Assembly: GCA_002633005.1 (NCBI GenBank)
Contig: NMRA01000299.1
Span: forward strand, 124,001 to 188,000
DNA length: 64,000 nucleotides
Direction: 5' to 3'
From: Phoronis australis
Lineage: Eukaryota; Animalia; Phoronida
In this document: piece by piece, positions 11,001-23,000 of the stretch
How the letters are laid out: each line of letters begins with the position of its first letter
Position numbering within the stretch: position 1 is the first letter of the stretch
Translations under genes and position numbers: made by a program
The notes under the pieces: model-generated
The model's database searches: none
Told to the model about the DNA's origin: nothing
What the model saw: the letters and a program-made list of their open reading frames with translations, nothing else

Positions 11001-14000
11001 CTACAGAAGAAATGCACACAGTGATACCTAGCTGTATTTTGACAATAGTCTTCATACAGCTAGCTGGCTAGGCAACACGTAGCCCCTCGCCGGTTAAAGG
11101 CGAAGGCAACCTTTTTTCATGTCATTTTTAGCAAAAATAAGGTTCGTTGGTTATCCCAGACATATTTTACACTTAATTGTAATTTTTCGTAATTTAATTA
11201 ATTACTCGTCCTCTACTCCGGAAGTGACGTTTTGGGAGGCAAGAATTTCGCGCCAAATTGGCTCTTCGTTGAGTTTAGTGTGAGGATCTGTAGTACTTTT
11301 GTTTTCGGGCTGTTTTTCTAAAATTGTCACCACTTCCCATCGACGAGTTTTCTATGACAAACTAGGTTGTTAGAGAACCCAATTTCGTTGGATTTAGGGA
11401 TTCTTTAGTTTGTATTAATATGAATATGACTGGAGTCGGCGACCCATATCACAGTGACAGTAGTGATGTGAGTAAGGGAGACATTGTTCATATAGCAGTG
11501 GTGATGAGGAATTTTTTCACGGACAGTCAGTGGGTGGGTATACTTTGTATGTTTGAGCCCGAGTATAATGAGGCAGAGAACGCACAGGCACAACTGTCCC
11601 ACTTGCCCCAGTGTCCCGCGACACACTCCCACTGGATGGTGACCTGAGCACCCAAACTGCTTACATCCCGTAGTGTGACTCCCTCGCCACACACCTGGCA
11701 CTTTCTAAATAGCTCCAATACTTTAGACAAGTCCACAATAAACTTATCAAAGTTTGGCTCACAGATCTGTTCGTTGGACGACAAACTGTTCTCTTCACTG
11801 GGTGTCGAACTGGGCCTGTATTCACTCCCACGACTCAACATTGCTGCAGGGCTGTTTATAGGCTCTGTGTTAGAGACAACAGCACGTGCAGGGTGAATCA
11901 CTGCTAGGTCCCAGAATTACACGCTCTGTATGTTCGGAGACACGGGCGACAGTAGATGAAGTGCCTCCAGTCACTGTAGTGGCCATAGCTCGCAAGGCTT
12001 CTCGCTTCAAAAACGCACTTCTCGGGGGTGGCGACGGAGTACTGCCGGGAATCAACACCTACGGTATCGCACCCTTCTTCAGGCGTTGTTTCGCCGGGAC
12101 CTTCATCAATTCAGCGTACACATCCCTCTGACGGCAGAAAATGCTTGCTACACACTCGGTAACCCTCAACTGCTTTGAACGTTGCGTTGATGGGTAACGC
12201 TGTGTTCTTCACACGAACGAGCCAAGTATGCCTACGGCGAAGTGTGTCATCCTTTGGAAAGCGATGCAAAGCCTGGTATTCCGAAAGCACGCGTGAGACG
12301 AAAATGAGTACATCCCGGTACGCAGCAACAGTGTGGCATGTTGTCTGACTCGTGAACAAAAGCAAACGACGACCGAACTTATCACAACCGAAGTAGAACA
12401 ATGACTGACTCGACAGTTCTGGCAGTCAAACTATATAAAAAGAAATTGGCGCGAAATTCTTGCCTCCCAAAACGTCACTTCCGGAGTAGAGAACGAGTAA
12501 TTAATTAAATTCCGAAAAGCTGTAATTAAGTGAAAGTATGTCGGGGATAACCAACGAACCTTATTTTTTCTAAAAATGACTTGGAAAAAGGTTGCCTTCG
12601 CCTTTAACTGGTTAGGGGCTACAATACCTCCCATCGCTTTCTGTACACATTTCGTTCCACGTATTTTAAACGAGCGGTAGGCCAAATCCGGCCACCGATT
12701 TTGAGTTTTCACCTCATCAAAAATACATTCCACACTAAAACTATCACTTAAAAAAGCGCTTAGTTTCTTCATGGGTCCTTTCTACTTCTATACATATCTT
12801 CGATGAAGCTTAGTTTTGAGAATTAAGGTGACTTTGGCAAAGAATTCAAACTCCACTTTTTTGGTCACCGTTAAGTTTTTCGTGACATTTGCAAAATAGC
12901 ATGGGAAAGTATCAGGTGAAATTTGTAAGATTTGTGTCCCTTGGTCTTTTTATTCGTCAGCATACGTGATTTCACGTGACTTCCTCAAACTGCGATTGAT
13001 TTTCATCGATTAGTTCAAATTATCTTGACTGGATCGTCTCCAAACTAATGGTTTGTGTTAATTATAACTCCATGTGCATGTATGCATGTTTCATTAGATT
13101 TTATTTCCTATATTTTGAAATTCGTAACTTTTTGTGGGGATGAACTATCGGCCTTGTATCCAGGGCAATGTAATTGCCTACCTCAGCTTCTGATCATCCC
13201 CAATACACTAGATATAATACTACAAGGTATGACACTCGGGACAAGGAATTCCACGGGTACTTCACTTCAGCCGTCTATATCAAACACGAAACTCAATAAG
13301 TTTACACAAAACATTAGTAATTGTTCTTTCTTTTAATAAATACCATTCACGGTGTTCTGCTCGAGCGAGATGGCAACAAATTCGCGGTCAAAGCACAGTT
13401 ACGGATGGACAGTGAAGCACCCGTAGAATTCCTTGTCCCAAGTGTCATACCTTGTAGCATTATATATAGTGTATTGGGGACGATCAGAAGCTGAGGACGC
13501 CTTTGGTTACAGCGTGTCATTTAATTTTGAAAGTCTGCTGTTAATGGACATTTTTATTGCCGTTTGGTGACACTCTGCAACATCTTATTGTCATTTTCGC
13601 TAATGGCGATGAAAAATGGGACTTTTCGAGCACTGATGTCATGCAGGCAGAATTTTAGTACAAGCATTGTTTTTTCAGAAGCCGTAAGGAAATGAAATGG
13701 GATGAGATGAATATCTTGGCGACATATCACCCAGCAGGTAATCGTCATTGTAAACTTAAGTGATTGAGGTATTGATTTTTGTGCGAGCCATCGTAACTAT
13801 TTAAGAGTGCATAATGGGAAATGATCGTGATAGAATCTCTTGGGTTACAGGGACTATAAAGTCGACACGCTTTTATCAGCAATTTCAATAGTTCATTACC
13901 CATTCAGCTGTGGGGCAATAAACGTGACAATTACTCCTGGTCTGGAACTACTTTTAAGTGAATGGTGAGATGCCTTGAACGTCAACACAACATTCTTACA

Positions 14001-17000
14001 TGAAACTTGTTTTGGCTCCCAAAATTTACAATAAGACCGTGCAACATTAAGTTTATACAGTACATGTACAGCACTTTGTCAACAAGTCTGTTTAGTTAAC
14101 CCAATTTCTACAGAATTAGAAGGTTCAGGAAAAGCACAATCAAGTCGCATTACATTGTACCTGTCGTTTATAACGTTCGATCTCTCCAACATACTCTTTC
14201 TACAATTCGTTTTTAACGAACACGGATGCAGAACTTGTAAGACATGCATGTTTGTGGATGATATAACCACCAAAAAACTATGTCGCGGTCGAACCGCCGT
14301 TCAGCATTGATCGTAATGAAGTGATTTTAAAAAGTTCACGATAATTCTCGTGGAAAATAGATGGAATTTTGAAGCAAACACTTTCGGTAAATTTTCAACA
14401 GTTTTAGTGTCGTTTTTTGTCCAACTTCCTTCCGGATTTTCGCCATGACTTCCGACAAAGATCGTTAACTCTTGAAATTAGCGTCATTTTTCGTCCGATT
14501 TTCATCGGAATTTTCGCTTTATGGCAAAACTGTATGTGCCTGCAAGTTGTATATCACTTCTTCTGGGTACATTAGTTCTGCATTTCCATCAAAAAAGACA
14601 CTCTGCTGCTGTTCTACGTTTTTATCTACAACTTGAATTGGTCACAGCAACCCTTGATTGAAACGGTCATTTTTGATAGGTTTCCGGTCTCCGGGAAGTT
14701 CGTTCAATGCCAAGATATGACTGCAATATTTTGTGAAAGTAAAGGTAGCACGTAAATTTGATTGGTTAAAATCAACTGTGGGCACATGATCGTATCTAAG
14801 TAACAAATTTGTTTAGAATAATAAAAATTTACACTAACAATCAAAATACTCAAATTCAACAAGATCATGAAATGCAACAAATCAGAAACCCTCTTGTAAC
14901 GGAATAGAGACATGTAAGTAACAAGCTTTTGAAACGGCAACAAACGGCGAAACTTTACAGCTCACACGTGTGCTCACGACACTCACGAGAACGGACTACT
15001 TAAAATGCTGTGACACTGCGTTGCGGATTCATGAATTCGTGAAATTTTTTACTTTCTCAGGAATTTTAACTCAGGTTTACTAATATTCCACGCTAATTTC
15101 TGTGAATTTTACTTTGAAAATTATTATAAGTGTAAATTAAATTCTTAAAGCATATAAAATTCAAAACAAAGGAAACCGCTTTACCACGTAGTAATACTAA
15201 AAGTTACTTCAAACTCGGCTGATCTGACGGAAGCGACCTCAGCTGAAACTTCTCCGATATTTACAGAGAGAGAGCACGTACGGAGGTCAAAATTTTATGA
15301 AGATTTCGAATCCTCTATTAGTTTAAATCCATCAGAAGAGGGGAAAAAGTGAAAACAGGACGTGTTGTTTCGTCAGGCAACTCCTATCTTAACGCCATCA
15401 GCTAATGTGTATGAGGGTGAAATGGCATGTTACAACCGTAGCCTACAAAGTTCGGCTGGCCAATTCACCAAGGCCCGTAGCAGGAGTTTGGCGTCTGTTT
15501 GGAGATAAATTCGAAGTATTCTTCCGTGACATATAGACATGAGCACCTATATCTGTGTTGTTAATAGGGTTCCAGTACTTCCAAATCTACATGTTGTGTG
15601 TGAATTTCGCGAGGATCAGACGAAAGTTGCGACCTGTATCATGGGAACAAACAAAAAAACATACTTGGCGAAAATTCTTTTGCCAAGTAAAAAGAAACAA
15701 ACTTAGTGTCAGAGCAACATACTTGGCAAAATTCAATAATAAAAACAAATTGCACATCACTTGCAATTAATAGTGCACCACCAACTTAGTTTTCATCAAT
15801 TACAAAGACCGAAACGTACTATGCTTTTTTCTTTGGCCTAACCTAATTCTATTGCTAAGACCATTGTTCATTGTGTGTGTGTTACATTGTTCCATTTTGA
15901 CTTTCTAATCAGACAAAGACTATGGCCACATGAAGATAGATGATCCTCCCACCCCCTACAGTGGGTCACTGGAACTAGAAGATGAGGATGAGACTACTGA
16001 GTCAGACAAACGAAGAAGTAGCATCTGTGAGGATGATCAAGAGAACTCTGTAGACCCTGACCAAGTGACTCAGAGGTAATAGTCCTTTTGCGAGTTATTA
16101 ACAGTAATGCGAGATTCTGTGAGACTTAACTGTGACATCACCGGAAGTAGGGCAAAAGCTTGTCGTCTGGCTATTTCCCGATACGTTAGCAGAGTGTATT
16201 CTGGTCAGTTTACTTCGAGTTTTTAATCTTTTTGTGTGAAAAGTGCCAAGCAAGCATTGCTGTTATGGGAAATGCAATTCAGGTTTGTGCTACAATATAT
16301 CCCATCGCGTTATGTACTAATTTCATTCGTGTACTATTTAAACGGACGGTAGGCGAAATTTGCTCACTGATTAAGAGTTTTTACTTAAATTGTCAAAAAC
16401 ACAGTTAAAACTATCACTTAAAAAAGTGCTTACTTTCTTCTGTGATCCTTTACACATCTAAACATATCTTCGATGAAGCATAGCTACGAGAATAAAGGTA
16501 ACTTTGGCGAAGAATTCCAATTCCACTTTTTGGTTACCATTAATTTTTTCACCGTATGCGTGATAACCAGGAATTTCAACTAAGTTTGCTGAGTATGAGG
16601 CAAAGGCTAGCGCGAGACTGAGCAAAGCGCGTGACCTGGCGTGTGACACTTGCAAAATAACATGGGAAGATATGAAGTGAAGTTTGTATGATTTGTGTCC
16701 CGTAGACTTTTTGTTCGTCAGCAGTCGTGGATCTCACGTAACTTCTTCAAAATGGCGTCCGGTGAGAGAAACTCAAGCAAACCGCGAGATTTTCGTGGAT
16801 ATCTTCAAGTTATTTGTTGACTAAATTGTATCCTGAGTCATGGTATGTGTTAAATATAACTCCATGTGCATATATGCATGTTTCACTTGATTTTGTTTGC
16901 TGTATTTTGAAATGAGTAACTTTTTATGGGAATATGCTAATGCCCTTGTATTCCTGCGGCAGGCCTAGTCGGGGTCGAGTTCCAATTTCAGTCCGTTCAC

Positions 17001-20000
17001 AGCTTCGCACAACATAACAAGTTCACCCATTTGATTTAGTAATTAGTAAGAAAAGATCCATTTTAAATTGCCCAAAATTTGTGCATATGTACTTTTAAAA
17101 CTTGTTGACATGTACTTTAACGTCAAAATCTATTTTTAGATGGTGTTTACAACTTTACGTTCTGGGGTCAAAGCACTCTAGAGATTCTAGAAATTTCTGA
17201 GAACAAATCGTAACAAGCAATGATATGATTAGATAAGATCATGTGGTTTTTATTAGCCAATCATTAAGTAGAATTCATAATATGGGCTAAAATCAAGAAG
17301 ATATTCAGATCAATTACAGTATTTGAAGCATAAAGACTTGCTACAGTGTACAGGGGAAATTGTACAACAGAGCCATCTCGTGGAAGATTCTAGAGAAATC
17401 ACGGTGAGGGCAAGGGTTAACGAACAGGAAGTTAACTGAGAGCTTGTCACTTGTATCGCGGGTAGTAAGATATTGCCTGAAGTGTTGCATCACCAGAGAC
17501 TGAGCAGCAAGAAGAATCGTGGGTGGAAGAAACTGCATACAAGTGTGGTGTCACCAGAGACTGTGACCAGCAAGTACACTCTTGCAATACAGTGTGTGTA
17601 GTTCAAAGATTCACCAACAGGACAGTCATCCAACAAGTGGAGAGTTCTAGCTTGGATAGCAGATAAGACATTTGATTACTTTGATTGATTGATTCAAGTA
17701 ATCTTTAAAGAGGGCGCTAGCGTAGTTACTCTTCTTTGTAGTTGATTACTTAATTACAGGTTTCACTTATCTAATTTTAATTTAGTGGTTGTCATACAAT
17801 AAATTAATTACTGGATTTGATTACTTCCTCTCCATTTATGCACAATCTCAAAGCATAGCTACCTTTTAAACAAACCCACAGTCAATCTCTGACACTTTTC
17901 TTCGTCCATTCACAGTTATTCCACGATCCATCTAAAATCTCTTAAGTTGTGTTAACGTTTTGAGAGTAAACTTCTCCATTAAGAACTCCAGTAAGATTTA
18001 GCGTGTGTAGCAAAGACTTGGGGCAAAACAAGGGCAATATGGCGGGTTTTGCCCTACTTCCGGTGATGTCACAGTGAGTAACTGGAAACTCGTAAGTGAG
18101 CTATTTGTCAGTGGAAGTGAGGCTGAAATGGAAAGATTTGTGGACCAGGCCCTGGTGTTACTGATGTCTTAGTTCTTTGTAATGTTTACTCAAGCTCACA
18201 ATTGTTACTGTACAAAAATTCTAGTAACAGTGAAATCAAGTAGCAAAGGCAAAAAATGTTTTTTAAAGTAGATTGCTTTTTGCAGTGTATCAGCTTGTTG
18301 TGGTCGTTCAGACAAGCATGGTGAAACTATATCATGGCGGCAGACATTGATGGTAAATCGCTTTTCTAGTTCACAGTGATACCAAGNTAATTTAGTGGTT
18401 GTCATACAATAAATTAATTACTGGATTTGATTACTTCCTCTCCATCTATGCACACTCTCAAAGCATAGCTACCTTTTAAACAAACCCACGGTTAATCTCT
18501 GACACTTTTCTTCGTCCATTCACAGTTATTCCGCGATCCATCTAACATCTCTTAAGTTGTGTTAACGTTTTGAGAGTAAAATTCTCCATAAGAACTCCAG
18601 TAAGATTTAGCGTGTGTAGCAAAGACTTGGGGCAAAACAAGGGCAATATGGCGGGTTTTGCCCTACTTCCGGTGACGTCACAATGAGTAACTGGAAACTC
18701 GTAAGTGAGCTATTTGTCAGTGGAAGTGAGGCTGAAATGGAAAGATTTGTGGACCAGGCCCTGGTGTTACTGATGTCTTAGTTCTTTGTAATGTTTACTC
18801 AAGCTCACAATTGTTACTGTACAAAAATTCTAGTAACAGTGAAATCAAGTAGCAAAGGCAAAAAATGTTTTTTAAAGTAGATTGCTTTTTGCAGTGTATC
18901 AGCTTGTTGTGGTCGTTCAGACAAGCATAGTGAAACTATATCATGGCGGCAGACATTGATGGTAAATCGCTTTTCTAGTTCACAGTGATACCAAGACTGC
19001 CAGTATGTGTGTGATTGTGCTAATTACAATACGTGCGATCTCTGCCTTGTTGACACCTATTTTGCATTTAGGCAAGAATTTGGGCCTGAACGCAAGATGG
19101 TCCAAACATTTTGCACTAGTTCAGTCATGTGCGATAGTTTCACACCATGCTGTCACTTTGCTCCATCACATCTTCAGATAAGCGCTTACTCATGAATACC
19201 TAATTTAATGATCCAGCAGGGCAGTTGAATGCAAGTTGAACACACATCAAGTCAATTGTCTGATTGTGATATGCATGGTCTGTAACTTGACCACATTGCT
19301 ATCTCAAAAAGTTGCATTTCTGAATATGCCAACACTCTTCTATGGGTAATACAAGTGGATTCGATCAAATTTGGTTCGATTGAAATGGGACGTTTTTGAT
19401 AGTTTGGTTTTCTCATTGAAGTGTGTTGTCAAAAGTGTCTAATCTCAAGGAAGATTTATGATAATTCATTGCAATGATGAGTACTGAGCTTGACTCACCA
19501 ATTCAACTGTGACGTCACGTTACAATCCTGCTTTTAAGTGTTGGGAAACACTTCTGCTATAGACCTTTTCCATTGGTTTACTGTTCAATTAGACATTGCA
19601 ATTCAAGTTACATGACTTACTTTTTTGAAATTGGATGCAGAAAGGGCCCTTGTCGATCAAGCAGAAGATTAACATTTTCATTTGATGGTCTATGACATGA
19701 ATCTTCTGAATCCCTCGTTTCCCTGTTGCATTTCAAATGTAGTTCATTGTGATGGTTGATGTGCGTTTCTTAAAACAGGTTACAGGGAATAGACTGCCAT
19801 AAAGCCAGAATATCATCACCAAGGCTAAATACAGAAGGGGATGATGACGAAGATGAATCATGTTTGACACCTGAACAACAAGGTACACTCATGGATTGGT
19901 CAACATTAAATGACTAGTTTATTTGATTTCGTTGAGCAGAGCAATAAAAATGTTGCAATGTAAATAACCATTGTACTACATGTATGAGTTCAGTTACTAG

Positions 20001-23000
20001 CATTATGATGATGCTAACGATATTCTGACGGCAAATCGTTTCTTTACAAATTTCAGGGTGTCAAGTAAGTTGAGGGCCTTGAAAAAACAGAAGATTTTCA
20101 GTCAAAAATAGGAATAAAGAGGAAAAATCATGAGAAAATAGGAAGAAATAGGAGTATCTTAAGTTTATTTTGTTATCTCTGCGCATAACAAAAAAAAAAC
20201 AAATTAGCTTTAAACCGCAAAATAACTATTCTACATATCAGTTCACATACTGAACAGTTAGACAGTCTGTAAGGAACACTCAACGAATTAATGTTCTCTG
20301 CGAAACTGGGCACTCAGTCTATGCTTTCTTGAATTTCTTTGCGGAGACTATATCACTGGACATAGCTCTTTAAAGGAGCGTTTTGCTTTCAAGATGCTTT
20401 CATTTTCCGTGGATTTCATTAATGCGTTTACTCAGATCACCACGTTTTGGTGTTGCAACGTTGAGTATCATACATGCAATGGTCACTGACCACTTGGAGG
20501 CACCTGATGAACTAGGCAATGCTTCTTGAAGTTTCCCATTAGCCTCTGACATGAACTCATCCGCAGCCTTCAACTCTCCAAAAACATTTTCTTCTTTAGC
20601 ACGTCTTCTGATTCAAAAGTGTTTTTTGGCATGTTTCAACTTTTCCTGCCGTTTTGCACCATCTTTTTTCAAGTTTCCTTGCTTGTGCTTCTTGTCGTAA
20701 GTGCTCCTGTTCTTATCTGTCTTCTTCTAGTCATGCCTGTTTATTTGAATGTGCAGATTTGTAGGCTAATTCTAGTTTCTTCATCAATGGAATTCTCTCA
20801 GGATCATAAAACCAAACAGCTTCCTTCACATGGTTGCTTCATCCATACTGATCTTTAGAAAGCATTTGAAATTTAATGGACAGACTGCTTTCCAACTCGG
20901 CATTAGTTTTCACAAGGACAAGGCCAGCTTTCACTATTGATGGAAGCACTTCATATCTAACTCTTCTGTCCACACCACTCGGTGAAAAAACACCGTTTCA
21001 GAAATCTTCAACTGCAGCACTGGAATCCAACAGTGGCACATTTCCATCACACTGATACATTTTCCATACATCAATCACCCGAGACGTGCCAGCAGTTGGT
21101 TGCACCTTCCTCACCACTCCTTGGATAGCGGCCACAGAGCTCTTGCTTTCCCATCTCAGAGGACTTGGCATTGTGTTGCAAAGTGGCAAGAGGCTCTGGA
21201 GGTACTGTATAGAAACCATGAAGAAAGAGCGCATATTGGATTGATTTCTTCTTCTCAGGATTACGCTTCAATAGTTTTTTTTTTGCTCCATTCATATACT
21301 CACCATTTACCAGTTACTTGAATGTCTGTTTATCACTTTAATTAACTTGAGTTTCCTGGTCATTAAATTACAGTTATTCCAAGTTGTTTCACCACAATAA
21401 AGTGCTGTGTGCACATGTATAGGAATTTGCATGAAAGGGGTATAAGTAATTGCTCTGACTTGTACCTCCAATTTTCAAGAGAAAAAGACAACTAGATTCC
21501 GCAGTTGTAATGTGTTTGAAGCTCAAACTAAGAAACAAATTCACCTAACCCAGCAACATCTATTGTTTTAAGCACACTGAAGTTAAATGTCACTATGACA
21601 AACAATGGATTATTGTTGGCCTTTTATTTGGACTCACCATGAGTAATAAATACAAAAAATAGGAATTTCAAAAAAAGTAAGTCTCTAAAAAATAGGAGCA
21701 GGAAACTTGGCACCCTGAAATTTTCATGCACCCCTACATAGTTACGTGGATTCATATTGCTGTCATCTCTGTCCGAGCAGGCAAGTCACATCGATTTTTT
21801 TGGAATGATCATTACGTAAGTTAAAGGCAATGCCTTGGCCAGCGGTCTTCAAACTTTGCACATTGGCCAATCCTGGACTGTATATGATATCTTTTTGCTT
21901 TTTTACATCATTTTTTGGCCATAGTACGATTAGAAAACGGACTATCGCTGCAAAAGTGAAAAAGTTCATGACCTCAACATTTCGTCTATTCATAAGACAT
22001 CATCAGGATATGTACAGTTAGGACAACAAGTGTCGATTACCATTCAGTCAAATCCATATGGTGAAATGAGAGTGAGAGATACTTTTTGCTTTTGTGTTCA
22101 TTGACATTGTGACATTGACTGTCCTTTCAAAATCTTGATCAATAACCTGGGATTGTGTGTAGCATTAAATCTGAGAAATTAAAGGAAATTATTTCACGAT
22201 TTATGTTTTCAATTACACAAGACAATTTATAGCCACACTAGTTTGGCTTAGACATGCTCAGTCATGTATTCTATAAGAAAAATTTGTGGCTGCAGAAATT
22301 ACAGGTTTTTTAATCAACACTTGTTAAAGTTGTTGCTTTGCTGGTTCATGAAACTTACTGGAGATAAGAAATTAATGATTTTTCTCTCATATAGCCACTT
22401 TCTTTTTTGAGGTTTCATGAACTAAGACTTTCTGAGTCATTATCACATTTTTCTCACTGATCTCTCTACTACAGGCCATTTTTGTTTTCACCTGAGGAGT
22501 CCTCATGGACTTGTGGAGAACCGAGTTGTGTTATTACATTAACGCTTTCATGTGATGATTGGTTATTGAGTACTATGTGTTTCAATTGACTCGTGGCGTG
22601 CATCACTTAAGAAACCTGATGTAAGCAAATATGTCTCCTGAAAGAACGTTTTTGTGAATATTTAGTCACAGCACAAACGAGTGTAAGTGCATTGTATAAT
22701 GTCTATGAAGTGGATGAGGAGGAATTGGACATGTTATCTGTGTGTATGCTTAATTGTTGCTTTGTTTGATGTAGACGCCATCATAGCTTAAAGGGCAATG
22801 TGTGTCTGGACAATTCAGTGTGGTCTCATTTAGGAATAGTTGAAAAAGATTCTGTAATGCTGTAATAACAAGACATACTTTATGTTCAATGGCATAATTT
22901 AATGTTTCCATTCGCCAATGGTATTTTTGGGAATCGGGCATTTTTTCAGACTGGATTAATTGGAAATTTTTCCAATTTGAAGCTCCATTCTGAATCAGTT

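Noticed and set aside
17778-18995. 609-bp tandem duplication as a biological event
   Set aside because: The junction is an N and the copies differ only by allele-level SNPs; probable scaffolding artefact.
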